A program made the translations under genes and the position numbers. Below the pieces are notes generated by a model, which was given only the letters and a program-made list of their open reading frames with translations, was not told the origin of the DNA and searched no databases. Shown piece by piece: positions 28,481 to 37,852 of a stretch of DNA of 64,000 nucleotides. This stretch comes from Candidatus Nomurabacteria bacterium RIFCSPHIGHO2_01_FULL_36_23 (lineage in GTDB: Bacteria > Patescibacteriota > Minisyncoccia > Phycocordibacterales > UBA9973). How positions within the stretch are numbered: the first letter of the stretch is position 1; every line of letters begins with the position of its first letter. The stretch covers positions 23,577 through 87,576 of the forward strand of contig MFTF01000018.1 in the NCBI GenBank assembly GCA_001786745.1. Reading direction: 5' to 3'.

Positions 28481-29070
28481 ATGGGGAATATAGAAAAAGA
28501 AGTAAAAAAAAGAGACAAAAGAGCAAGGTTGCAAAAGATTATTTTATCCACTATTTTTGCTCTTGGTGGCTTAAGTGTCGCTTTAATAGCTCCGAAAATG
28601 ACAAAAGTATTGGTAAAGTTTGAACCGGAATTTATGAAAGATAAGTATAGAAAATACTCTTTTAATAGATCACTGGTTAGACTCAAAGATGCTGGTTTTA
28701 TTGTTTTTGAAAAAACAGAAAGAGGGAATTTTGCCTGTCTGACCCCAAAAGGAAAAGAAAAGTTGCGCCAGCTAACAATTCATAATTTTAAAATAAAAAA
28801 ACCTAAAAATGGGATGGAAAATGGAGATTACTCATGTTTGATATTAAAGAAAAAAGAAAAAGCACTAGAGATAAAATTCGGCATAATTTATTTAAAATTG
28901 GATTTATAAGATTGCAAGATAGCGTCTGGGTATATCCTTATGATTGTGAAGATTTTATTAACTTAATGAAAGCTGATTTTAAAATAGGGAAAGACTTGTT
29001 GTATGTAGTAGCGGATAAAATTGAAAATGATAAATTCCTCGCCCAACATTTTAAATTATTTAATAGTTAA
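28481..29070 (+). pseudogene. Family member 3 of the wHTH plus Cas2/VapD-like family, disrupted by a -1 frameshift in an A5 run near 28805-28809 (track ORFs 28481..28909 and 28834..29070)
   Basis: Frame 1 upstream of 28834 reads KWDGKWRLLMFDIKEK, matching KWDKKWRIVMFDIPEK of member 1. The upstream frame carries the wHTH part. It could be a sequencing error in a homopolymer. Confidence 0.5.
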
Positions 29071-29103
29071 TTTTTTTATATTTTTCTTATTTACATATTT
29101 CAG

Positions 29104-29138
29104 ATTTACATAAGATACGCTATAGCGTAGTTATAGTA
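29104..29138. repeat. 35-nt palindrome-containing direct repeat (atttacataagatacgctatagcgtagttatagta); 33 nt downstream of the 28481-29070 gene
   Basis: Perfect 14-bp palindrome TACGCTATAGCGTA. Direct repeat of 28423-28457. Confidence 0.8.
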
Positions 29139-29180
29139 GATTTGAGTTCAATAAAAAACTTTAGTATAATACTTATTATG

Positions 29181-30446
29181 CGATTTTCAAAAAAGGTTTT
29201 AAAAAACGGATTGCGGGTTGTTATTGTGCCGATGAAGGATAATCCAACGGTCACGGTTTTGGTTTTAGTAGAAGCAGGATCAAAATATGAAACAAAAAAG
29301 GTAAATGGCATCTCCCATTTTCTAGAACATATGTGTTTTAAGGGGACAATAAAAAGACCCAAAGCCATTGATATTTCAAAAGAACTGGATGCCTTAGGGA
29401 GTCAATACAATGCCTTTACTGCGCAAGAATATACGGGATATTATGCGAAGTCCGATGCTTGGCATTTCAAGCAAATTTTTGATATTGTGTCGGATATATA
29501 TCTTAACTCTACTTTTCCTGAGGCAGAAATGCAGAGAGAAAAAGGCGTAATCACAGAGGAGATAAATATGTATAAAGATATGCCCCAGAGACACGTTCAG
29601 GATTTAATGACAAAGTTGCTTTATAAAAATCAGCCAGCTGGATGGAATGTTGCCGGTGAAAAGACAAATATTTTAAAAATGAAGCGCAATGATTTTGTGA
29701 AATATAAAAAGGAGCATTATGTTCCAGAAGCCACCGTATTAATAATAGCTGGACAGGTAACAGAGAAAGAAGTAATGAGCAAGATAAATAAAATTTTTGG
29801 CAAAATTCCACGAGGAAAGAAAGGTCATAAAATAAAAGTAAAAGAAAAACAAATAAAACCGCAAGTATTAATTAATTTTAAAAAAACAGACCAGACGCAT
29901 TTTGTTTTGAGTGTACGTACCTATGATTTATTTAATAAAAAAAATGCAATTCTTTCTGTTCTTGGCGGAGTGCTTGGTGGGGGAATGAGCTCACGCTTTT
30001 TTCAAAAACTTCGCGAAGAAATGGGTGTTGGTTATTATGTTCATGCGCACAATGATTCTTTTACTGACCATGGGTTTTTTCAAATTTCAGCCGGAGTGGA
30101 TAATAAAAGAATAAATGAAGTTGTCGGGGTTATTCTTGATGAATGTAATAAATTAAAAAAAGAAAAAATTAGCGCAGAAGAATTAAATAAAGTAAAAGAG
30201 TACTTGATAGGTAACATGAAACTATCTTTAGAATCGACTGACGATATAGCTAATTTTTATGGTGGGCAGGAACTTTTAAAACATGAACTGAAAAATGTGA
30301 AAGAAAAAGCAAAAGAAATCCGTAAAGTCACCGCCAGCCAAATCCAAAATCTGGCCAAAAATATTTTCCAAAACAAAAAGCTCAATTTAGCGCTCATTGG
30401 GCCTTTTAAAGAAAAATCAAAATTCTTAAAATTACTTAAATTTTAA
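29181..30446 (+). CDS. M16-family (insulinase/pitrilysin-like) zinc peptidase
   Basis: Inverted zincin motif HFLEHMCFKGT. The track ORF starts at 29142; the Met at 29181 (MRFSKKVLKNGLRVV) is the more likely start. Confidence 0.75.
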   Translation, partial: RFSKKVLKNGLRVVIVPMKDNPTVTVLVLVEAGSKYETKKVNGISHFLEHMCFKGTIKRPKAIDISKELDALGSQYNAFTAQEYTGYYAKSDAWHFKQIFDIVSDIYLNSTFPEAEMQREKGVITEEINMYKDMPQRHVQDLMTKLLYKNQPAGWNVAGEKTNILKMKRNDFVKYKKEHYVPEATVLIIAGQVTEKEVMSKINKIFGKIPRGKKGHKIKVKEKQIKPQVLINFKKTDQTHFVLSVRTYDLFNKKNAILSVLGGVLGGGMSSRFFQKLREEMGVGYYVHAHNDSFTDHGFFQISAGVDNKRINEVVGVILDECNKLKKEKISAEELNKVKEYLIGNMKLSLESTDDIANFYGGQELLKHELKNVKEKAKEIRKVTASQIQNLAKNIFQNKKLNLALIGPFKEKSKFLKLLKF

Positions 30447-30456
30447 ATTAAACCCC

Positions 30457-30488
30457 CCCCAACGAGGGGTTGGGGAGGAGTGTTTTTT
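30457..30488 (+). terminator. GC-rich hairpin (ccccaac-gaggg-gttgggg) followed by a T-run; putative intrinsic terminator after the peptidase gene
   Basis: 7-bp G/C stem at 30457-30475 and TTTTTT at 30483-30488. The 7-nt gap to the U-tract is longer than ideal. Confidence 0.5.
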
Positions 30489-31578
30489 GTGCTATTATAT
30501 TTCTATGTTTGAAAAAAATGAAATTACCCCTATTTCTATATCCACCGATACAATGATTCGAGTCATCTTAATTGCGCTTGGCGTGTTTTTATTGTGGTTC
30601 TTGCGAGATTTAGTTCTTATTGTTTTGACCTCTATCGTGATAGCTTCTTTTGTAGAATCAGCTGTTCCTCATTTTAGAAAAATAGGAATTGGTAGAGTTT
30701 TTGGAATTGTGATTGTGTACGTCTTTTCTATCCTTATTTTGGCCGGACTTTTTTATCTTTTTGCTCCTCTTCTTATAACTGAACTTTATAATTTTTCCAG
30801 TTTTCTCTCCTCCTACATTCCAGATGTCTCATTTTTACGTTTTTTTCAAAATGAAGCTTTTTCTGGCGCTAAAGATATAGTCGGCGCTCTTTCCAATGAT
30901 TTTTCAGTGACTACGCTTATGTCAGTATCAAAAGCTTTCATTTTAAATCTTTCCGGGGGATTTTTTACGGCGTTTTCAATTGCCTTCGGCAGCATTTTTA
31001 ATTTTATATTGATTATCCTTATTTCCTTCTATCTCTCAATTCAAGAAAAGGGAATAGAAAATTTACTTCGACTTATTTTCCCAATTCACCACGAAGATTA
31101 TGTGGTGGATTTATGGGAACGTTCAAGTAGAAAAATAGCTCTTTGGATGAAAGGGCAAATGCTCTTAGGTTTGGTTGTTGCCGTTTTAATTTATTTAACG
31201 CTCTCACTTTTAGGCATAGAATACGCGCTTCTTCTTTCTCTTATCGCCGGAATAATGGAACTTGTGCCTTATGGTATTTTAATCGCCTTAATTCCGGCTT
31301 TTTCTTTTTCCTATATTTCTGGGGGGATAGCTAATGCATTAATGGTCACCGGAGCTTATATAATCGTCCACCAATTTGAAGTTTTTCTTTTTGCTCCATT
31401 GATTATCAAAAAAATAGTCGGTCTTTCGCCTATTGTCATAATTTTATCTGTTTTAATAGGTTTTGAGTTGGGCGGAATATGGGGAGGGGTGCTTGCTATT
31501 CCAGTAGCCGTTGTTGTAATGGAATTTTTGAGTGATATTGAAAAAAATAAAACTTTAGCCAGAACAAATATTAAATAA
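30487..31578 (+). CDS. Polytopic membrane protein, AI-2E (UPF0118/PerM)-family transporter-like
   Basis: 363 aa with about 8 TM helices and a central loop, typical of that family. Assigned from architecture only. Confidence 0.45.
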   Translation: MCYYISMFEKNEITPISISTDTMIRVILIALGVFLLWFLRDLVLIVLTSIVIASFVESAVPHFRKIGIGRVFGIVIVYVFSILILAGLFYLFAPLLITELYNFSSFLSSYIPDVSFLRFFQNEAFSGAKDIVGALSNDFSVTTLMSVSKAFILNLSGGFFTAFSIAFGSIFNFILIILISFYLSIQEKGIENLLRLIFPIHHEDYVVDLWERSSRKIALWMKGQMLLGLVVAVLIYLTLSLLGIEYALLLSLIAGIMELVPYGILIALIPAFSFSYISGGIANALMVTGAYIIVHQFEVFLFAPLIIKKIVGLSPIVIILSVLIGFELGGIWGGVLAIPVAVVVMEFLSDIEKNKTLARTNIK

Positions 31579-33017
31579 TGACCGAAAAAAGACCTTTCTA
31601 TATTACGAGTACTATTCCTTATGTGAATGCAGAGCCCCATATTGGTTTTGCATTTGAACTTGTGCAATCAGATGCAATCGCGCGTTATAAGCGTCTTATG
31701 GGAAAAGATGTTTTTTTTAGTACAGGCACGGATGAATATGGTCAAAAGATTTGGGAAGCAAGTCAAAAAGAAGGTAAAACTGTTCAAAATTACGTTGATT
31801 ATTATGCGCAAAAATTTTTAGATCTCAAAACCACCTTGAATCTTTCCTGTGATAATTTTATTAGAACTACAAGCCAAGAACATATTTTAGCCACGCAAGA
31901 ATTTTGGCGTCTTTGTGATGCCAAGGGTGACATTTATAAAAAGATATATAAAGGGCTTTATTGTGTTGGCTGTGAAAAATTTATTACTAAAAAAGATCTT
32001 ATAAATGACAAATGTCCGTTTCATTTGACTGGCGAGCTTGAGACAGTTGAAGAAGAAAATTATTTTTTTAAGTTGGAGAATTATCAAAAACAACTGCTAG
32101 AATATCTTTCTAATGAAAAAGTAATCTTTCCAGAATGGAGAAGAAAAGAAGCTATTGATTTTGTGCAAAATGCACTAGAAGACTTTTCAATTTCTCGTTG
32201 CAAAGAGCGTGTTTCTTGGGGAATACCAATACCAGATGATGATAAGCAAGTTATGTATGTTTGGTTCGGCGCTTTTGTAAATTATATTTCAACTTTAGGC
32301 TGGCCGGACAGCAAAGGATCTTTTGAAAAATTTTGGCTACGAGGAGAAAAAGTTCAAACTGCCGGCAAAGATATGGTAAAGTTTCAATCAGTCATGTGGC
32401 AAGGCATGCTTATGTCGGCCGGTTTTCCGACAACCGATACTATTATCTACCATGGTTTCATTACCGGTGAAGGTGGCATCAAAATGTCTAAATCTCTTGG
32501 CAATGTAATTAGTCCCAATGACATTGTGAAAGAATATGGCACGGATGCCCTGCGTTATTTTCTTTTGCGTGAAATTTCCCCATTTGAAGACAGTCCGTTT
32601 ACAATGGAACGTTTTAAAGAAGCCTACAATGCCAATCTAGCGAATGGATTAGGGAATTTGATTTCGCGCATACTAACACTTTCAGAGAAATATTTAGATA
32701 AATGTCCAAAGATTCCAGAAAAGTCCGATTTCACTGAGTTCTTTGGTTTTTTTGAAAAATTTGATATTAAACAAACGATGGATTATATTTGGAATGAAAT
32801 AGGAGAACTTGATAAATTTATACAAAAAACTGAACCATTTAAGGTTGTAAAAGTTAATGAGAAAAAGGGAAAAGAATTAATTTCTGATATAGTTATTCGT
32901 TTGTACAGGATTGCTGGGATATTAAACCCGATAATGCCAGAGACAAACATTTTACTAAAGAAGTTGATTAAAGAAAATAAAAAACCAGAAAAACCTTTAT
33001 TTCCTCGCAAAAATTAA
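31578..33017 (+). CDS. metG: Methionyl-tRNA synthetase
   Basis: Motifs YITSTIPYVNAEPHIGFAF, zinc knuckle CVGCEKF...CPFH and KMSKS are present. Confidence 0.9.
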   Translation: MTEKRPFYITSTIPYVNAEPHIGFAFELVQSDAIARYKRLMGKDVFFSTGTDEYGQKIWEASQKEGKTVQNYVDYYAQKFLDLKTTLNLSCDNFIRTTSQEHILATQEFWRLCDAKGDIYKKIYKGLYCVGCEKFITKKDLINDKCPFHLTGELETVEEENYFFKLENYQKQLLEYLSNEKVIFPEWRRKEAIDFVQNALEDFSISRCKERVSWGIPIPDDDKQVMYVWFGAFVNYISTLGWPDSKGSFEKFWLRGEKVQTAGKDMVKFQSVMWQGMLMSAGFPTTDTIIYHGFITGEGGIKMSKSLGNVISPNDIVKEYGTDALRYFLLREISPFEDSPFTMERFKEAYNANLANGLGNLISRILTLSEKYLDKCPKIPEKSDFTEFFGFFEKFDIKQTMDYIWNEIGELDKFIQKTEPFKVVKVNEKKGKELISDIVIRLYRIAGILNPIMPETNILLKKLIKENKKPEKPLFPRKN

Positions 33018-33018
33018 A

Positions 33019-33837
33019 ATGCAACCTAAATACATAGACATACACAGTCATATTAATTTTAAGGCTTTTGACAAAGATAGAGATGAGGTAATAAGGCGCG
33101 CTTTGGAGAATAATACTTGGATTATAAATGTCGGTACGCAAATAGATACTTCCCAAAAAGCTGTTGAAATTGCCAATCAATATAAGGGAGGCGTGTATGC
33201 AACAATTGGATTACATCCAATACATACAGATGTTTCTTTTCACGATAAACAAGAATTGAGCAGTGAAGGTCAAGAATTTACTTCGCGGGGAGAAGTGTTT
33301 AATAGAGAAGAGTATAAAAAACTTTTAAGCAATACCAAGGTGGTTGGAATAGGCGAATGTGGGTTGGATTATTATCATTGTACTAAAGAATCAATCTCAA
33401 AACAAAAGAATGCTTTTATTGAACAGATAAAACTGGCGAATGAATTTAATAAACCCTTGATGCTTCACATTAGAAATGCTTATAAAGATGCCTTAGAAAT
33501 TTTAAAAGCATACGCCAAAGTGAAGGGCAATGCGCATTTCTTTGCTGGCAATTTAGAAGATGCAAAAAATTTTTTGAATTTTGGTTTTACGCTTTCTTTT
33601 ACGGGAGTCATTACCTTCACCCATGATTATGATGAAGTTATAAAAAATACTCCACTGAATATGATTATGTCTGAAACAGATTCCCCATATGTTACTCCTG
33701 TTCCTTATCGTGGTAAACGAAACGAACCCTTTTATGTAAAAGAAGTTGTGAAAAAAATCGCCGAGATTAAAAATTTGCCTGAAGAAGAAGTTGCGAAAGC
33801 AATTATAGAGAATACTAAACGAGTCTTTACTTTATAA
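33019..33837 (+). CDS. tatD: TatD-family metal-dependent hydrolase/DNase
   Basis: Motifs IDIHSHINF, GECGLDY and a C-terminal SETDSPY are present. Confidence 0.85.
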   Translation: MQPKYIDIHSHINFKAFDKDRDEVIRRALENNTWIINVGTQIDTSQKAVEIANQYKGGVYATIGLHPIHTDVSFHDKQELSSEGQEFTSRGEVFNREEYKKLLSNTKVVGIGECGLDYYHCTKESISKQKNAFIEQIKLANEFNKPLMLHIRNAYKDALEILKAYAKVKGNAHFFAGNLEDAKNFLNFGFTLSFTGVITFTHDYDEVIKNTPLNMIMSETDSPYVTPVPYRGKRNEPFYVKEVVKKIAEIKNLPEEEVAKAIIENTKRVFTL

Positions 33838-33852
33838 AAATTTTTTGTTAGT

Positions 33853-34359
33853 ATGGAATCCATGCAAGATGCGGAAAAAGAAGTAGAACAAAATGCAAAT
33901 TCTAGGGTCTATGAACTCGGTTATCTTTTAGTTCCTACTATCAAAGAAGAAGATATCGTGATTAGCTACGGCAATCTTAAAGAACTCATTTTATCTTTCG
34001 GTGGTGAGATTGTTTCTGATGAAATGCCCAAAATAATTTCCTTAGCTTATACCATGCGAAAAGTTGCATCTAATGTGCGTAGCAAATTTAATACCGCCTA
34101 TTTTGGCTGGATTAAATTCACAATGAATGCTCAAAAAGTTTTGGAGTTGAAAAAAAAGATTGATTTAGACCCAAATTTTGTTCGATTTTTTATATTAAAA
34201 ACAGCGAAAGAAAATACCATCGCTGCGAAAAGATTTGTTCGTGGGAATATGGTACATCGAAAAAGTCCAACCATAAAGAGAAGTGGAGACAATAAAGAAG
34301 TTATTTCTATCAATAAAGATGAAATAGACAAAGAAATAGACGCTATGGTTGCAGTGTAG
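33853..34359 (+). CDS. rpsF: 30S ribosomal protein S6 (extended)
   Basis: YELGYLLVPT and KIISLAYTMRK align to the S6 core. It sits in the conserved rpsF-ssb-rpsR arrangement. Confidence 0.7.
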   Translation: MESMQDAEKEVEQNANSRVYELGYLLVPTIKEEDIVISYGNLKELILSFGGEIVSDEMPKIISLAYTMRKVASNVRSKFNTAYFGWIKFTMNAQKVLELKKKIDLDPNFVRFFILKTAKENTIAAKRFVRGNMVHRKSPTIKRSGDNKEVISINKDEIDKEIDAMVAV

Positions 34360-34409
34360 AATAGTAATAAAGTCGAAAGTTTATAAAGTTATAAAGTAAA
34401 ATCAAAGAT

Positions 34410-34865
34410 ATGTATTTAAATAAAGCAATAATAATAGGAAATCTTACTCGTGATCCGGAACTTCGCTCACTTCCCTCAGGAGTAAAAGTCTGTTCATTTT
34501 CTCTCGCCACAAACCGTGTTTGGAAAGATAAAAATGGCGTACGGCAAGAATCTGCCGATTATCATAATGTTGTGGTTTTTGGACGTCAGGCGGAAACAGT
34601 TGCGCAATACATGAAAAAAGGCAGCTCTATGTTAGTTGAAGGCAGAATACAGACAAGAAGCTGGGAAGACAAGACAAGCGGAGAAAAAAAATATCGCACA
34701 GAAATTGTCGCTGATCGCACGCAATTTGGACCTAAAGGTTCGGGGGGAAATGCAAGTACTGGAACCTCAAATACTTCATCTCCTAAAACATCATCAGATT
34801 CTGAAGAAATAGATACTATAGAATATCCAGAAGAAGATATTAATCCCGAAGATATTCCATTTTAA
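34410..34865 (+). CDS. ssb: Single-stranded DNA-binding protein
   Basis: OB-fold N-terminus NKAIIIGNLTRDPELR and an acidic tail ending DIPF. Confidence 0.85.
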   Translation: MYLNKAIIIGNLTRDPELRSLPSGVKVCSFSLATNRVWKDKNGVRQESADYHNVVVFGRQAETVAQYMKKGSSMLVEGRIQTRSWEDKTSGEKKYRTEIVADRTQFGPKGSGGNASTGTSNTSSPKTSSDSEEIDTIEYPEEDINPEDIPF

Positions 34866-34870
34866 TTTTT

Positions 34871-35071
34871 ATGAAACAAGACTACTTTTCAGCTAATAAT
34901 ATAAAATATATAGACTATAAGGATATTGAAATCCTAAAGAAATTTTTGAATCCCAATGGCAAAATAATGAATCATAAACGTACCGGTGTTACTTCTAAAA
35001 ATCAACGAGAACTGGCTTCAGCCATCAAACACGCGCGATTTCTAGGTCTTTTGCCTTTTATGGTTAAATAA
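34871..35071 (+). CDS. rpsR: 30S ribosomal protein S18
   Basis: Motif KRTGVTSKNQRELASAIKHARFLGLLPF. Confidence 0.8.
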   Translation: MKQDYFSANNIKYIDYKDIEILKKFLNPNGKIMNHKRTGVTSKNQRELASAIKHARFLGLLPFMVK

Positions 35072-35099
35072 CTTTTTACTCATCTTTTTTAATACAAGA

Positions 35100-36374
35100 T
35101 TATCTTGGTTGTAAGTTTTGAGTAATACTGTAAATCGGTGTAATGATTGAAATGGCGATAAAACCAACAAGTATCCCCATTATAATCATTAGCACAGGTT
35201 CTATCATACTTGAGAGATTTTTAGTGAAATCATCAACTTCAGTTTCATATAATTCAGATAGATAAATAAGGGAGTTTGATAGATTTCCACTGCGTTCTCC
35301 CACCGAGATTATTTGAGTCAAGATGTCAGGAAAAAGATTTCTGGATGTTGTGAGATAGACCGACATCCTTTCTCCGCGATTGACAATTTCTGCCATAGAC
35401 TTGAATTCTTCTTTATAAACTAAATTTCCCGACACTTTTGTTGTAATTGATAAAGTTTCACCTAGCGTAATACCGCTTTTTAAAAGTAATCCCATGGTGC
35501 GGGTAGAATTAGCTAGATTATAATTTTTTATAACGTTTCCAATCATCGGAATTTTCATAATAATTTTATCAAAATTAAAATGGAACATTTCACTTTTTTT
35601 AAGGGTAATAATTATAATCACAACTAGGATTATTAATCCTGCAATCAATATTAATCCATGATGATTTAGGAAATTACTCAGAAAAATGACGATTCTAGTG
35701 GAAAGAGGAAGAATTATATGCAGACTTGAAAATACGGGCATAATTTTAGGAAAAAGATAAACCATCAGAAATCCCGTGATGCCGATAGTGGCGATGGTTA
35801 TAATGATAGGATAAATAAAAGCGCTAATAATTTTTTTACGTAAAGCATCTTTCTTTTTTAATTCACTTGCGAGATATTCAAGGTTGTCGCTTAACATTCC
35901 GGTGGATTCTCCGAACGAAATTATATTTATGGAAAAATCACCAAACGTCTTGCGAAATTTTGCCAGACTAGCGGATAAATCTTGTCCCCTTGAAACATCC
36001 GCAATAATTGTTTTAAGAATTAAAACATGGCTTTTTTTACGTGTTTGCTCTTGTATCATCGCCAAGCTTTCTAGTACAGGCACGCCGGCTTTTATAAGGA
36101 ATGATAATCGTTTTACAAAAAAGGTTTGTTCTTTTATGGACATGCGGGACAATGAAATATTTTTAAATATACTTTTTAAATTATCCCAAAATTTACCAGC
36201 GAATTTTTTTATTTTTGCCTCATCCGCAGGTCTATGGCCGAGAGAAAGGTCTTTATTTACAGATTTACTGTTTTCTTTTGGTATTTTTTTAACGGTTGCT
36301 TGGATAAATTTAGCTTTCTTCTCTATTTTACGAAGAGCAATATCAAATATTTTTTTATTCTTTTTTATTTCCAT
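35100..36374 (-). CDS. pilC: Type IV pilus/T2SS platform protein PilC (GspF family), second copy
   Basis: GspF repeats (GERSGNLSNSLIYLSELYE) and a polytopic TM profile. Confidence 0.8.
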   Translation of the reverse strand: MEIKKNKKIFDIALRKIEKKAKFIQATVKKIPKENSKSVNKDLSLGHRPADEAKIKKFAGKFWDNLKSIFKNISLSRMSIKEQTFFVKRLSFLIKAGVPVLESLAMIQEQTRKKSHVLILKTIIADVSRGQDLSASLAKFRKTFGDFSINIISFGESTGMLSDNLEYLASELKKKDALRKKIISAFIYPIIITIATIGITGFLMVYLFPKIMPVFSSLHIILPLSTRIVIFLSNFLNHHGLILIAGLIILVVIIIITLKKSEMFHFNFDKIIMKIPMIGNVIKNYNLANSTRTMGLLLKSGITLGETLSITTKVSGNLVYKEEFKSMAEIVNRGERMSVYLTTSRNLFPDILTQIISVGERSGNLSNSLIYLSELYETEVDDFTKNLSSMIEPVLMIIMGILVGFIAISIITPIYSITQNLQPR

Positions 36375-36375
36375 A

Positions 36376-37608
36376 TTATTCGTGTACGACGCGCAAAATT
36401 TCTTCTATCGTAGTGTCGCCAGTTTTTACTTTATGGAAACCATCTTCAAGCATAGTAGTCATACCACGGCTTATGGCTAAATTTTTTATTTCACTGGCTG
36501 ATGCTTTGCGCAAAATAGCTTCACGAATAACTTCATCTGCTACCAGCACTTCATTAATGCATAATCGGCCGGAATATCCGCTCATATTGCATTTTTGGCA
36601 TCCTTTGCCCTTATAAAATTCATGATTGTTTTTCATAAGTTTCCCAAGTGGCGTGTTTTCTAGGCTCTCTTTGAGAGCCGGAGTTATTTTTTGCTTTTCT
36701 TTACAATGCGGGCAAATTTTTCGTACCAATCTTTGACCTATAGCTATGGAGACCGTAGAGGCCACCAAATATTCTTCTATGCCCATGTCAAGTAGACGTG
36801 GTAGGGTAGTAGCGGCGTCGTTGGTGTGTAGTGTTGAAAGTAACAAATGTCCAGTCAGAGCGGTGTTGACAGCTATATTTGCGGTTTCGGCGTCACGAAT
36901 TTCACCAACCATAATAATGTTTGGATCTTGTCTTAGAATACTTCGCAGACCGTTGGCAAAGTTCAGACCCTTGTGTCCGTTGACCTGTATCTGTTTAATG
37001 GCATCTATCGCGTATTCGATAGGGTCCTCAATAGTAATAATTGAAACTTCCGGAGAGTTTAACATTTTTATAAGAGTATAAAGAGTGGTAGTTTTTCCGC
37101 TTCCCGTCGGACCGGTGGCTAAAATCATGCCGTTTGTTTTTTTAAGGGCAGTCATGATTTTTTTCTGGTTATTCTCACTAAAGCCGAGATTTTCTAAATT
37201 AAACTGCTCCGCTTTATCCGAAAGCAGTCGCATCATAGTATTTTCACCGTGATAAGTGGGCGCAATAGAGACACGAAGATCTATAAATTCATTAGTTTCG
37301 GGAAAGATATATCGAAATCGACCGTCTTGAGTAGCTTGATGTTCGTCTGAACGCAATTTAGAGAGGACTTTAATTCGGGAAATTATTTCACCGTGAATTT
37401 GTTTTGGAAATTTATAGACTTCCTGAAGAACACCATCTATGCGAAATCTCACACGAATGTCGCGCGCTTCCGGATCAATATGAATATCAGAAGATCTATT
37501 TTTGTGAGCTTTTTCTATTAAACAATCAACAAGATTAATAATGGAAATATTTTTTCCGAGAGATATTTCTTGCTCCAATGTGTCTTGTTTTTCTTGTGTT
37601 GTTGTCAT
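36376..37608 (-). CDS. PilB/GspE-family secretion ATPase (short form with a C-terminal zinc knuckle)
   Basis: Walker A TGPTGSGKTTTLYT, GspE motif RFRIDGVLQEV, and a tetracysteine CPHCK...CQKCN. Confidence 0.75.
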   Translation of the reverse strand: MTTTQEKQDTLEQEISLGKNISIINLVDCLIEKAHKNRSSDIHIDPEARDIRVRFRIDGVLQEVYKFPKQIHGEIISRIKVLSKLRSDEHQATQDGRFRYIFPETNEFIDLRVSIAPTYHGENTMMRLLSDKAEQFNLENLGFSENNQKKIMTALKKTNGMILATGPTGSGKTTTLYTLIKMLNSPEVSIITIEDPIEYAIDAIKQIQVNGHKGLNFANGLRSILRQDPNIIMVGEIRDAETANIAVNTALTGHLLLSTLHTNDAATTLPRLLDMGIEEYLVASTVSIAIGQRLVRKICPHCKEKQKITPALKESLENTPLGKLMKNNHEFYKGKGCQKCNMSGYSGRLCINEVLVADEVIREAILRKASASEIKNLAISRGMTTMLEDGFHKVKTGDTTIEEILRVVHE

Positions 37609-37612
37609 AAAT

Positions 37613-37704
37613 TGGCGGAGCCGGCTGGATTCGAACCAGCGGAGGGGTTTAAAGCCCTCACCTCTTTAGCAAAGAGGCACCTTAGACCGCTCAGACACGG
37701 CTCC
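37613..37704 (-). tRNA. tRNA-Ser (anticodon GCU), type II, CCA encoded
   Basis: Minus-strand fold: acceptor GGAGCCG/CGGCTCC, D-loop GAGCGGTCTAA, anticodon stem CCTCT/AGAGG with loop TTGCTAA, a long variable arm, and T-arm GCTGG-TTCGAAT-CCAGC. Discriminator G plus CCA. Confidence 0.75.
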
Positions 37705-37852
37705 AACTTTTACTTTATTACTCTAGCATATTTTTACTATTTCTCCACCGTTTTCTATTTATTGATTTTTACATTGTATGATATAATTATTATGGTCGCT
37801 TATTATGAATTTTTTAAAAGTAATTTTTATGATTAAAGGAGACCACTAAGAA

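Noticed and set aside
28802-28813. Programmed -1 ribosomal frameshift in cassette 3.
   Set aside because: The site cct-aaa-aat-ggg has only five A residues and no canonical X-XXY-YYZ heptamer or obvious downstream stimulatory structure. A mutation or sequencing error is more parsimonious.
15249-29138. Could the three repeat pairs be mini CRISPR arrays, given repeats of CRISPR-like length (34-35 nt) with internal palindromes?
   Set aside because: Each locus has only two repeat copies separated by a 470-590-nt protein-coding gene rather than 30-40-nt spacers. No leader, further repeats or other cas genes are present. The Cas2-like motif is noted only as a fold resemblance.
30451-30480. Is the GC-rich hairpin after the M16 peptidase gene another copy of the family-2 element?
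   Set aside because: It shares only G/C runs and a gaggag tail. It lacks the CCCTCCCGACCTCCCC and TTATCA/TGATAA signatures, so it is better explained as a terminator hairpin.
35884-37081. Plus-strand ORFs 35884..36480, 36413..36616 and 36746..37081.
   Set aside because: They lie antisense inside the strongly supported pilC and pilB genes on the minus strand. They are chance ORFs.
37570-37836. 88-aa plus-strand ORF from the six-frame track.
   Set aside because: It overlaps the well-formed minus-strand tRNA-Ser(GCU) at 37613-37704 and has no motif. It is spurious.
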